Assembly (NCBI GenBank): GCA_964291655.2 | Contig: OZ219801.1 | Coordinates: 32,001 to 96,000 of the forward strand | Reading direction: 5' to 3' | DNA: 64,000 bases | From: Chloroflexota bacterium | Lineage (GTDB): Bacteria; Chloroflexota; UBA11872; VXOZ01 | Shown: one piece after another, positions 10,410 through 20,181 of the stretch | Numbering within the stretch: the stretch's first letter is position 1 | Layout of the letters: each line of letters starts with the position of its first letter | Position numbers and translations under genes: made by a program | Notes under the pieces: model-generated | Databases searched by the model: none | What the model saw: only the letters and a program-made list of their open reading frames with translations | What the model was told of the DNA's origin: nothing

Positions 10410-12158
10410 TTAGTTCGGCCCCGCTACGAGAGTGAATGCCACGGGGCGTACGGCAAGCGGCACGACATTGCGCACGTGGAGCGTACGTGAGTCGAGCACG
10501 AGAATGGCGCTTGCGTGCGGTGCGAGCGCGTAGAGTGCGTTACGTGCTGGATCGAGGGTCAATTGAGTCAGGCCGCCGCTCTGCCATAGCGTTCTCTCCA
10601 CGCTACCGTCGGTTGTACTGATCATCGTGAGAGCCGGAAGTTCGTCTGCTACAGCGGCCTCATCTGCGGTGGCGTCTGCATCTGAAGCTTCTTTGGTGGT
10701 GGTTCTGACAGGAGGAACTCTGCTTTTGACATCCGCACTCGAGTCGGTGTCCTCAGCAGGTTCTGCTGGAGGAGGCCCAGTTTGACTGCTCAAGAAGAGG
10801 GCTGAGCCATCAGCGTTGATCACTCCATGCGTCGCGCGTCCTGCCGCATCTGTTGCCAGCCGCATTGCCTGTCCGGAATCTAATGCAACGCGCCATATTT
10901 CTTCAGTCTCCGGAGTTGTCACGTAGGCCAAGACTCCGTCGGCGGCGTGAACAATTGCGCCAATCACCAGACCGTCGCCAATAGCTATTGCCTTGTCAAC
11001 ACGTGCAGAGCCCAACATCACACGCGCCATTTGCATTCGGTCAATTGCGACGGCGACAAGTGAATCCTCACCAAGAGGCACAAGACGGTCTACAGCCCAA
11101 GGCAATGAAATCTCCATCACGACCTCATCACTTTCATCCATCACCAACAAGCTGGCTGTGGTCTCCGAACCTATCACCAGGTACTGCCCAATCACCGATA
11201 GACTACTCAGATCTTGGGACGGCAACTCGAGGAGCCGGCCCACCTGCTGCGACTGGGCGTCTACGGCGAGCAGGCCCTCTTCCTGCAAGATGAAGAGAGT
11301 TTTCCTATCCGCAGATACTGCGAGCGCGCGCGGCTCTCCGCCCACGCCGGTGACAGTCGACGGCTTCAAGTCATTGGGATTGAATGCGATGAGCGCACCG
11401 GTGTCGGCAACGCCGAGCAAGACGATAGTCGGTGGCTGAGCCTCTACCTGCTCCGGCGTAGACTCGGAGTCCTCAAGACCGCGCAGAAGCGAAAAGCCAA
11501 CCGAGATAAGGAGTGCAAGCACTACCAGCGCGATTCCGCCCTGCATGACGCGAGAGCGAACAGTGGAATCGCCGGTGCCGAGCGCAGCGGCGACCTCACC
11601 CCTGAGGGTGGCGCCAGGACGCGGCGCCCCTAGCTGACGCATGGCACGCTCCACAGAGCCGCGATCGGCCTCCGAATCCGGCGCGCGGAATTCCGAACGT
11701 GCCCTCTCAAGCAAAGTTTCCACGCGGTCAAGAGACGTGCCCAACGCTTCCGCAGTCTGACTCTGCGGCATGCCTTCGGCAAGAGATAACAGCCAGACGA
11801 CCCGCAGTCGCGGGGGCAGCGCGAGGGTGGCTCTGCGCCACGCAATCGTGCGATCCTCAACCTCCACCGGCCCAGGCGCGCGCCGGGTAACCCTGTGCCA
11901 CCGCGCTGACGCGAGATACGTTCGCACGGCCATCCGATAGAACCAGGTGTCCAACACAACGTTGCGGGGCCGCTTGCTGATCGCGCGGTAGGCCCGGCGG
12001 AAAATAGCGATGACTAGCTCGCGCGCCTCACTCTCATTACCGGTGAGCCAAAACGAGAAGCGGTAGAGCATGGGGGCGAACTGATCGTAGAGCCCAAGAA
12101 AAGCGTCTCGATCGCCGCTCTCGGCTGCCGCGAGAATTCGTCCCCGATTAGCTAGCAT
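10410..12158 (-). CDS. ECF sigma-70 factor fused to a TM helix and a C-terminal YncE/YVTN-like beta-propeller
   Basis: Region 2-like GDRDAFLGLYDQF...TWFYRMA, region 4-like LPPRLRVVWLL...TAEALG...LERAR; TM GIALVVLALLISVGFSLL; blade motifs PRALAVSADRKTLF. Confidence 0.78.
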   Translation of the reverse strand: MLANRGRILAAAESGDRDAFLGLYDQFAPMLYRFSFWLTGNESEARELVIAIFRRAYRAISKRPRNVVLDTWFYRMAVRTYLASARWHRVTRRAPGPVEVEDRTIAWRRATLALPPRLRVVWLLSLAEGMPQSQTAEALGTSLDRVETLLERARSEFRAPDSEADRGSVERAMRQLGAPRPGATLRGEVAAALGTGDSTVRSRVMQGGIALVVLALLISVGFSLLRGLEDSESTPEQVEAQPPTIVLLGVADTGALIAFNPNDLKPSTVTGVGGEPRALAVSADRKTLFILQEEGLLAVDAQSQQVGRLLELPSQDLSSLSVIGQYLVIGSETTASLLVMDESDEVVMEISLPWAVDRLVPLGEDSLVAVAIDRMQMARVMLGSARVDKAIAIGDGLVIGAIVHAADGVLAYVTTPETEEIWRVALDSGQAMRLATDAAGRATHGVINADGSALFLSSQTGPPPAEPAEDTDSSADVKSRVPPVRTTTKEASDADATADEAAVADELPALTMISTTDGSVERTLWQSGGLTQLTLDPARNALYALAPHASAILVLDSRTLHVRNVVPLAVRPVAFTLVAGPN

Positions 12159-12549
12159 CTGCGCTCAACGTCCAAGTTCTGCGTACGATTCTTGCCTGCA
12201 TGGTAGCACATTGCCAGCCCAATCTTGAGCCATTCTGCGCGCGAACCACTGCAAGAAGAGCAGTGCTCCCGTCCAATGCGCCGCGCCATTGCAGTAGCAG
12301 ACAGAAAGATGTACCGTACATATAATCAGCGAATGCGTCGCTGGTGTCTTCAGGGCTCCCTCCTGCCCGTGCACGAGGATCTCAGCCATAGGAAGCGCTA
12401 TGGATTCAAGGGGATACGGAGTCCCTTTTGTAAGACTGTTATGTAAAGTTTTCTAGAGGTAGCGCCGGGCCGCGAATTCCGAACAAAATGTAGCCAATTC
12501 AAGAGTGCTGCCGTAGCGGTAATCTTGTTAACACTGCCAGGGACTCAGC

Positions 12550-13860
12550 GTGGCAAATAGAAGAGCGACAATAGCTTCCCAACACAGCCTCCGTGTTGCC
12601 GGTCGCATGTTTGAGTCGTTGCGGGTGACTTCGTTTCGCGATCTTTGGATCGGCATGCTCGCCTCGTACATCGGTATGTACATGGGCATGGTCTCGCGCG
12701 GCTACCTTGCCTATGAGATTACGGGATCTGCCACAATTCTCGGCATTGTGACTGTGGCATCCGGGATCCCCATGTTACTGCTTTCCCCCGTCGGAGGCGT
12801 GCTGGCCGACATCATGAACCGCCGTCTCATTCTCGTCCACAGCCAGGTCTTCATGGTAGTGTCATCCTTGTTCATTGCCGTCCTCATTCACCTCGACCTG
12901 ATCGAGATTTGGCACCTCATCTTCTTTGGATTTCTGCAAGGGATACTCTTCACCATTAACATGCCCGCGCGCTCTTCCGCGCTCCCTCACCTGGTTGGGA
13001 GACCGTTGCTCGCGAGCGCAATCGGCCTGACGAACTCTGGCCGCAACCTCATGTCAGTCATTGCCCCGGCGATCGCCGGTACCGTCATCGCGATCCCGTG
13101 GCTGGGCACGGCTGGGGCTTTCGACATCTCTGCAATCTTCTACGTTGGGGCAACGTTGCTGATGCTGCGCCTGCCTAAGAGCTTGGCTGAAAGCCGTGAT
13201 CATACGCAGGTAGCATTCGGCCAGCAGATGATCGATGGTTTCAGCTACATATTCTTGCAGCGGCCGTTGCGCATCCTGCTCGTGCTCGGACTCATTCCCA
13301 TAGTATTCGGCATGCCCCTGCAATCTTTCCTGCCAGTCTTCCAAGCGGACGTGCTTCACGTTGGCGCGGTAGAACTCGGTTTACTCTATTCGGCAGTGGG
13401 CGTTGGCGGCACGCTTGGATCGCTCATAATAGCGCCGCTCGCGGAGAGTAAGCACAGCCACATTTTGCAGCTTGTAATGGGTGTGTTTTTCGGTCTTACG
13501 TTGATCGCCTTCGCCAGCAGCACATCTTTCACTCTGAGCATCGTCTGCGTTGGTCTCGTCGGCTTTGCCGGTAACGCATCTACCGGCTTCAACAGCGCTT
13601 TGCTGATGCTGCGCACGGAAGAGGCGTACTATGGACGCGTAATGAGCATCTACATGATGAATTGGTCGCTCATGACGCTCTTCACTCTGCCCCTGGGCAT
13701 GCTCGTTGACAAGTGGGGGGCACCGCTCGTGACGAGCGTCGCCGCAATGGGCATTGTCTTCTTTATGGGCGTAGCATTTGTCTTCTTCCGTGACATTCGT
13801 GAAGGTCAGCACCACAAGGAAGAATTAAGCGTTGAGGCCGGGGCGGCAGCGGTTGAGTGA
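12550..13860 (+). CDS. MFS transporter
   Basis: About 12 hydrophobic segments; GGVLADIMNRR motif A variant; GRVMS. Confidence 0.88.
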   Translation: MANRRATIASQHSLRVAGRMFESLRVTSFRDLWIGMLASYIGMYMGMVSRGYLAYEITGSATILGIVTVASGIPMLLLSPVGGVLADIMNRRLILVHSQVFMVVSSLFIAVLIHLDLIEIWHLIFFGFLQGILFTINMPARSSALPHLVGRPLLASAIGLTNSGRNLMSVIAPAIAGTVIAIPWLGTAGAFDISAIFYVGATLLMLRLPKSLAESRDHTQVAFGQQMIDGFSYIFLQRPLRILLVLGLIPIVFGMPLQSFLPVFQADVLHVGAVELGLLYSAVGVGGTLGSLIIAPLAESKHSHILQLVMGVFFGLTLIAFASSTSFTLSIVCVGLVGFAGNASTGFNSALLMLRTEEAYYGRVMSIYMMNWSLMTLFTLPLGMLVDKWGAPLVTSVAAMGIVFFMGVAFVFFRDIREGQHHKEELSVEAGAAAVE

Positions 13861-13920
13861 GGCGCCTTCGTGGGAGTCCACGAACTACCGGCACATGCAG
13901 GATTGGCTAGGGATTGGATT

Positions 13921-14682
13921 GTGGTTGTTCCAAGAGACGAGATAGTTAGCTTCCTGGATGAGTTCCTGGACGCACAGGGCATACGCGATTACGGCCCCAT
14001 GGGGATGCAAGTAATCGGTAAAGCAATGGTGAGTCACATAGCAGTGGCCGTGAGCGCTTCCCGCGCCTGCTTTGCGCAAGCGGCGGCCCAACAGGCCGAT
14101 ATGCTCATCGTGCACCACGGGTTCTTCTGGGATAGCGAAAGTCGCGCAATCGGACAGGTTATGCGAGGCCGACTGGAGACGCTGTTTGAACATGACATGA
14201 ATCTCTTGGCATATCATCTCTGCCTGGACAAGCATCCAGAAATTGGCAACAACGTGCTCTCTCTGCGCGCCTTAGGAGCTACACCGGTCGAACTAGACTC
14301 GCCGATCGCCGCAGTGGGATACGTGGGCGAATTCACGAGTCCAGTGCCATGGGATGAGCTGACCGGGAGAGTGCGGAGCGTGTTTGGCGGGGAGCCCATT
14401 TTCTTCCCGGAAGGACCGGCACTCACCTCGCGTATAGGGCTGGTGACCGGCGGCGCCGGCCGTACCTCTTACGTAATTGAAGCAGCGGACCGGGGGTGTG
14501 ACACCTTTCTCACCGGGGAACTCAGCGAACCCGTACCCACCGTCGCCGCGGAATTGTCTATCAATCTCATTGGCGCCGGTCACTACAATACCGAGAAGCT
14601 CGGCGTGCAAGCCGTCGCCCGCGTGCTTGAAGAGCGCTTTGGCGTGAGTTCTGTGTTTATTGACGTGCCCAACCCGCTATAG
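13921..14682 (+). CDS. Nif3-like dinuclear metal centre protein (GTP cyclohydrolase I type 2 homologue)
   Basis: IVHHGFFW, YHLCLDKHPEIGNN, GHYNTEKLG, FIDVPNP; start uncertain. Confidence 0.9.
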   Translation: MVVPRDEIVSFLDEFLDAQGIRDYGPMGMQVIGKAMVSHIAVAVSASRACFAQAAAQQADMLIVHHGFFWDSESRAIGQVMRGRLETLFEHDMNLLAYHLCLDKHPEIGNNVLSLRALGATPVELDSPIAAVGYVGEFTSPVPWDELTGRVRSVFGGEPIFFPEGPALTSRIGLVTGGAGRTSYVIEAADRGCDTFLTGELSEPVPTVAAELSINLIGAGHYNTEKLGVQAVARVLEERFGVSSVFIDVPNPL

Positions 14683-14807
14683 CGGCATCGGGGGTGAACT
14701 GCGCGTTCCATTAGATCCCCGCTTGAGCAACTTAGCCGACTGTGCTCACGCCGCTCACGCTGGAGACACGTGGCGACTTGAAAAGGAGCGTCCCAGCCAC
14801 AGGGATC

Positions 14808-15941
14808 TCAGACTTGCGCCGGGTCGTTGTCAGGACCGGATGTCAAGAGCCGTCGTGCCGCGGAAAGCACAGCTTCTACCTCATCGGTCACAGTCTCTTC
14901 CCCTTGGTTCGGCGCGAAGCACACGACTCTACTTTGTACGCCATAGGGCCCGTAGCGTTGCGGCGAAGTGGGTCCGAACAGAGCAACGACCGGTGTGCCG
15001 ACTGCAGCGGCGAGGTGCATCGGCGCCGAGTCATTACCGACGAACAAGTGACAGTGTTGGATTAGAGCCCCAAGCTGAGCGAAAGTTAGCTTGCCGGCGA
15101 CGCTGACGACCGGCACGCCAGCGCTGCTTTGAACGGAATCTGCCGCGGGTTCATCGTCAGGCCCGCCCACGAGAAGTATATTGGCGTCTAATGTCCCCGC
15201 AAGACCCTCGGCGAGCGTTGCAAAATTGCTGCGAGACCATCGCTTGCCAATGTTTTCTGTGCCGGGATTCTTGCCGCCGCCGGGGTGCAGCGCAATTATG
15301 GGCCTTCCATTCGCGAGGCCATTGTCGATGAGCAGACTCTCGGCTTCCGAGCTCTCTGTTGCTTGAGGACAAAAGTGCAAGTGCGGCCTCGTTACGTCAA
15401 GTCCAGCCTTCCGCAAAACGTCCAGGTATATTTCCACCTCATGCCGATCACTCGGACAGGGCACGCGGATATGCAGTGCGATGCCGCGGTGGGCGCTATT
15501 CAACCCGGCTCTCCAGGGAATGCCTGCCAGCCGCGGAAGCAACGCCATCAAAGGAGAGCGGTCCAAGACAAAACAGTGCGTGAATCTTTGCTCTCGCACG
15601 CGCGAGACACAATCCCGGAACGCGCTGAAGCCGTAGTGCCCAGGAAAGCCGACGGAGCCGGAATCAAGGACGTGGTCGCAGAGGCTATTGCCTGCCAGCG
15701 CCTCCTTGGCCCACGTCGTTACAAGCACGGTGATGTCTGCGTGCGGTAGGTTGGCACGCAACGCAGCAAGAAACGCCGTACTCATGAGCACGTCACCCAG
15801 ACTGGCGGGCTTTACAACCAGAATACGGTGACTCTCAGAAGCACTGGGCGGCGCTGCCGGCTCGGTGCTCAAGAGGCGATGTAGGACTCTGGAGGCCTGT
15901 TCTATCAAGAACGATTTCACGAAATTGAATCCCTCGCCCAC
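14808..15941 (-). CDS. Glycosyltransferase family 9 (heptosyltransferase-like)
   Basis: LGDVLMST, LHPGGG..KRW, GNDSAPMHLAAAVGTPVVALFGPT. Confidence 0.9.
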   Translation of the reverse strand: MGEGFNFVKSFLIEQASRVLHRLLSTEPAAPPSASESHRILVVKPASLGDVLMSTAFLAALRANLPHADITVLVTTWAKEALAGNSLCDHVLDSGSVGFPGHYGFSAFRDCVSRVREQRFTHCFVLDRSPLMALLPRLAGIPWRAGLNSAHRGIALHIRVPCPSDRHEVEIYLDVLRKAGLDVTRPHLHFCPQATESSEAESLLIDNGLANGRPIIALHPGGGKNPGTENIGKRWSRSNFATLAEGLAGTLDANILLVGGPDDEPAADSVQSSAGVPVVSVAGKLTFAQLGALIQHCHLFVGNDSAPMHLAAAVGTPVVALFGPTSPQRYGPYGVQSRVVCFAPNQGEETVTDEVEAVLSAARRLLTSGPDNDPAQV

Positions 15942-16054
15942 ATTCCAAACGCGCGTGTGTGATTTACAGCCTCTTAATCCTAATCAAGGTGGGAATAAGC
16001 GTCCATCAGGCGTGCCATGGCTCTGGTTGCGCCTCATCGCGTCTAGCCATTAGC

Positions 16055-17323
16055 ATGGCGAGTATGCAATCCACCGCACAACCTAGCAACTGGCAGACTA
16101 CGGTTCGCATCCTCTGGATTACGCAATTCGCCACCATGGCGACATTTAGCTGTAGTCTCCCCTTCGTACCGTTGTACATCCTCGAATTGAGCATACCGGA
16201 TCCACGCCAAGCGGCACTGTGGGCGGGACTCGTAGCCGGCGGATCCGGCATTAGCATGGCAATCTTCTCTCCCATTTGGGGAACCGTTGCCGACCGCTTT
16301 GGCAAGAAGCTCATGCTGGAGCGCGCGCTGGTTGGTGCTGCCATCACGCTGCTGCTAATGGGGCTCGCCCAGTCAGCAGTGCAATTGCTGATTTTTCGCG
16401 TCATCCAGGGCTCGCTCACCGGCACTACATCAGCGGTGAACGCCCTCGCCGCATCCGTGGCGCCCCGTGAGGAGCTTGGGCGAGTGCTGGGTACCATGCA
16501 AATGTCCATCTTTGCCGGATCTACGGTCGGGCCGTTTGTAGGCGGCGTGCTCGCAGACACGCTCGGTTTTCGCTTTGCGTTCATGGTCACCAGCGTTGCC
16601 ATGATTCTCATTGGTCTCGTGGTATTCATCCTCGTACGTGAACCTTACCAAGAGAAGCAGTCTCTCCCACCGCTTCGCCTGCCGCAACTGCGCAAACCGG
16701 TTGGCGATGGCGTCCTGAGCACGGTCTTCATGCTGGCGCCCGTCATATTCCTGGTGCAATTCGCTTTCATGGCGTCGCGGCCCATTTTTCCACTCTTCGT
16801 CGCTGATCTCGCCGCCGCAGATTCGTCAGCAAGTTTCGCCGGATTTTCTCCGCAGGATTATGTCGCTACTATTTCCGGTCTGCTCGTCGCCACAACCGGC
16901 GTCGTGGGGGCGATCTGCTCTCCGATTACCGGGCGCTTCATCAACACCTATCGCGTGCGTTTGTTGCTACTCATCGCCGTGCTTGGCGTGGCCGGCGCCA
17001 ACGTGGGTCAGGCATTCGCAGCCTCATTCCTGCAACTGTGGCTCGTGCGCGTCGTATTGGGCGCGTTCGGCGGAATTTGGGCGCCGACCTATAGCTCGAC
17101 CATCGGCCTAAGCGTGCCGTCGGAGCGCAGGGGCCTGGCATTTGGCATTGCCAATAGCGCCTCTTCCTTGGGCAATGCAATTGGGCCAATCGTGGGCGGA
17201 TACGTTGGCGCTATGCTCGGCATCCGCGCGGTCTTCGCGGGTGCGTCGGGAGTGCTTTTGTTGGCAGCCCTCTGGTTGGTCGTGCGGGTCACTCTGCCTT
17301 CCTCGATGGAATCGGAAGAGTAG
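16055..17323 (+). CDS. MFS transporter (MdtG/DHA1-like)
   Basis: WGTVADRFGKKLMLERA, LPFVPLYILEL, about 12 TM segments. Confidence 0.88.
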   Translation: MASMQSTAQPSNWQTTVRILWITQFATMATFSCSLPFVPLYILELSIPDPRQAALWAGLVAGGSGISMAIFSPIWGTVADRFGKKLMLERALVGAAITLLLMGLAQSAVQLLIFRVIQGSLTGTTSAVNALAASVAPREELGRVLGTMQMSIFAGSTVGPFVGGVLADTLGFRFAFMVTSVAMILIGLVVFILVREPYQEKQSLPPLRLPQLRKPVGDGVLSTVFMLAPVIFLVQFAFMASRPIFPLFVADLAAADSSASFAGFSPQDYVATISGLLVATTGVVGAICSPITGRFINTYRVRLLLLIAVLGVAGANVGQAFAASFLQLWLVRVVLGAFGGIWAPTYSSTIGLSVPSERRGLAFGIANSASSLGNAIGPIVGGYVGAMLGIRAVFAGASGVLLLAALWLVVRVTLPSSMESEE

Positions 17324-17408
17324 CCGGTCAACTCCGGCAGGAAGCTACGTACGCCGAGGGGATCTTGTAGCCCGATTGAATCCACAGGGAGCCGCATCGA
17401 ACCATCGT

Positions 17409-18026
17409 CTAAAGCTTGCGCTCCAGCAGACGCGCTCTTTCGCGTGCCCAGGCCAGCTCTTGCGGTGTATTGATATTGCTGCATGAGGCGAGGTCGGGGT
17501 CGAGCTTCTTGACTTCGCTTGCTGATACTTGCCGCACCCGCAGCCGACACAAAAGACGCGCAAGCTTGAGATCGCCCCTCTCAAGCATCTCATTCGCCGT
17601 AGTAAGGCACCGCCTTTGGTAAACCGTGTGCAAGGTTTCCGGCTCATGCCGCAAGACCGGAGCAACGGCATCCCACTCTTCGGCCGCTAGGTCAACTAAA
17701 ACCCGCAGCAGACGGTCACTTAAGAATGGCATGTCGCATGCCACTGCAAGTACATGTTGAGTTTTGGCAGCCTGCAGCCCGCTGACCAGCCCGGTTAGGC
17801 TGGAACCTACCGGCGAGACGTCAGCAACGGAACGAAAGCCGGTGTTGTACTTCAGGTTCCCGACGACCAGCACTTCATCACATACCGATGCCAGGATGGC
17901 GTGCACGTGATGCAACAACGTACCCGGACTATCTTCGTGAGGCCATGGCAAGAGCGCCTTGTCGCGCCCTAGCCTGACGCTCTTCCCACCCGCCAGAATC
18001 AACCCCGTAATGCTTGGAGTTCCCAC
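17409..18026 (-). CDS. mobA: Molybdenum cofactor guanylyltransferase
   Basis: ILAGGKSVRLGRDKALL, VACDMPF, NINTPQEL; divergent from the fdh operon. Confidence 0.9.
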   Translation of the reverse strand: MGTPSITGLILAGGKSVRLGRDKALLPWPHEDSPGTLLHHVHAILASVCDEVLVVGNLKYNTGFRSVADVSPVGSSLTGLVSGLQAAKTQHVLAVACDMPFLSDRLLRVLVDLAAEEWDAVAPVLRHEPETLHTVYQRRCLTTANEMLERGDLKLARLLCRLRVRQVSASEVKKLDPDLASCSNINTPQELAWARERARLLERKL

Positions 18027-18171
18027 TGTCTCAACCTATCAATCACTCAATAGCTTGCTCTATTGCTTGCGTCTTCAGCTAGCCACGTATGGTATCACCG
18101 CATGCTTGAACGAGGATAGCGCGTACGGCCCTTTCGAGCATCGGCGCGGTTTCTTCAAATGTGTCCACACC

Positions 18172-18180
18172 TGCTATACT
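18172..18180 (+). promoter_or_regulatory. Candidate extended -10 promoter of fdh operon
   Basis: TGcTATACT about 47 nt upstream of the GTG start at 18227. Confidence 0.4.
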
Positions 18181-18226
18181 GTTGTAGCTGAACGTGTGGA
18201 AGTCACACTAGAACAGGTCGAAACGC

Positions 18227-20143
18227 GTGAGCAAACGTAATGCTGTGCGGTTGACTGAACCGCTAGTGAGAGTGAATGGCGAACTCCGACCCACCAGTTG
18301 GGACGAGGCTTTCAATCGCGTCACCACAGGCTTGCGTAATGCGGTGCAGAAGCGCGGACCACACACATTCGGTCTGTTCAGTTGCTCGAAAGCTACCAAC
18401 GAGGTCAACTATCTCGCTCAGAAGTTCACGCGCTCGGTAATTGGAAGCAACAACATCGATAGCTGTAACCGTACCTGACACGCTCCCAGCGTCGTCGGTC
18501 TGGCGACAGTCTTCGGACTAGGCGGCGGGACGAGCTCCTACCGGGAAATTGAGGAAACCGACGTCATCCTGCTGTGGGGATCGAATGCGCGGGATACCCA
18601 CCCTATCTTCTTTCACCACCTGCTCAAAGGGGTACACAGCGGCGCCAGGCTATATGTCATCGACCCCCGCCGCACGAGCTCTGCCCAATGGGCAGACGCG
18701 TGGTTGGGCGTGGATGTGGGTTCCGACATTGCTCTTGCCAACGCCATGGGTAGAGAGATCATCGCGGCCGGCCTGGCCAATGAGGAGTTTATAGTCCACG
18801 CGACGAGTAACTTTGCCGCATATCGAGAGTCCGTGGAGCCGTACACGCTTGCCCAAGCCGAGGAAATCACCGGTGTTCCCGCCGCAGTCATCCGCGAGTC
18901 TGCCCATGCCTTTGCCAAAGCGGATCGCGCCCAAATCTGCTGGACCCTGGGTATTACTGAACACCATAATGCGGTTGACAATGTCCTGTCGATCATAAAC
19001 CTCGCTTTGCTCACGGGGCACGTTGGGCGGTACGGATCGGGTATCAATCCGCTGCGAGGACAGAACAACGTGCAAGGCAGCGGGGACATGGGGGCGCTGC
19101 CGGATCGACTGCCGGGCTTCCAGCACGTCGAGAATGATCCTCTCCGCGAAAAGTTCGAGCAGGTTTGGGGCACACCAATTCCCGCTAAGAAGGGCTGGAA
19201 CTTAACAGAGATGTTTCACGCGATGGAGCGTGGGGATCTGACTGCACTTTACGTTATCGGTGAAAACCCGGCCCAATCGGAAGCGGACCAACATCGCGCG
19301 ATGAATCTGCTCCAAGGCCTCGATCTATTGGTTGTGCAAGACGTGCTCATGAATAAGACAGCCGAAATGGCTGATGTCGTATTGCCGGCGGCTGCAAGCT
19401 GGTGTGAGTCGGAAGGGACCGTCACCAACAGCGAGCGGCGCGTGCAGCGTGTGCGCAAAGCCATGGACCCACCACCGGGCGTGAAGGACGACATCACAAT
19501 TTTGTGCGAGCTCGCGCAAGAACTAGGCGGCAATTTGGGAGAGCCCGTCGCTGAGAGTTTGTGGAACGAATTGCGCTCACTAAGCCCGCTTCACGCCGGC
19601 ATGAGCTATGAACGTCTTGAGGGCAATGGTGGTCTGCAGTGGCCTTGTTACGACGAGTCCCATCCCGGAGAAACGTACCTGCACGGCAGGCTGTGGGCTC
19701 GGCCGGTCATTGGGCCGCGTGCGCCGTTCTCTCCGGTGGAATTCGTGCCGCCGGTCGAACAACTCGACGACACCTACCCCATCCGTCTGACGACCGGCCG
19801 CCGCTTGGACTCCTTTAACACCGGCGTGCAAACCGCAGGGTACACGTCGCCGATGCGTCGAGGCGAGACGATTGACCTTTCCCCAGAAGATGGACGAGGA
19901 CTCGGTGTCGCGGAGGGAGAGACTGTGCGCGTTAGTTCCCGTCGTGGTTCGGTGCAGGCGCCGGTCCGCTTCGATCCTTCCTTGCGTCCCGGCCTCGCGT
20001 TCATGACCCCGCACTTTCCCAATGAAGTCGCAACTAACGAGCTTACAATTGACGCTACCGATCCGAAGTCAGGCACAGCCGAATTCAAGGCGGCCGCAAT
20101 TCGTGTAGACAAAATCGAGGCCGCAGCAGTCGGCCCGGACTAA
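18227..20143 (+). CDS. Formate dehydrogenase catalytic (molybdopterin) subunit, selenocysteine-containing, 638 aa
   Basis: ORFs 18227-18478 and 18704-20143 are in one frame joined through TGA 18476-18478: NNIDSCNRT-U-HAPSVVGL (cf. FdhF CARVUHGPSV); PLRGQNNVQG, EGTVTNSERRVQ, LTTGR. Confidence 0.92.
18476..18507 (+). promoter_or_regulatory. Bacterial SECIS element
   Basis: TGA, 12-nt spacer, hairpin GTCGTC-GGTCT-GGCGAC; apical GGTCT as in the E. coli fdhF SECIS. Confidence 0.85.
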
Positions 20144-20181
20144 TTCCTGCTCTCCGCCGCCAATGCACTTAGGAATGCGCA

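Noticed and set aside
18227-18478. FDH pseudogene or separate 83-aa gene
   Set aside because: The TGA is at the Sec position and followed by a SECIS hairpin.
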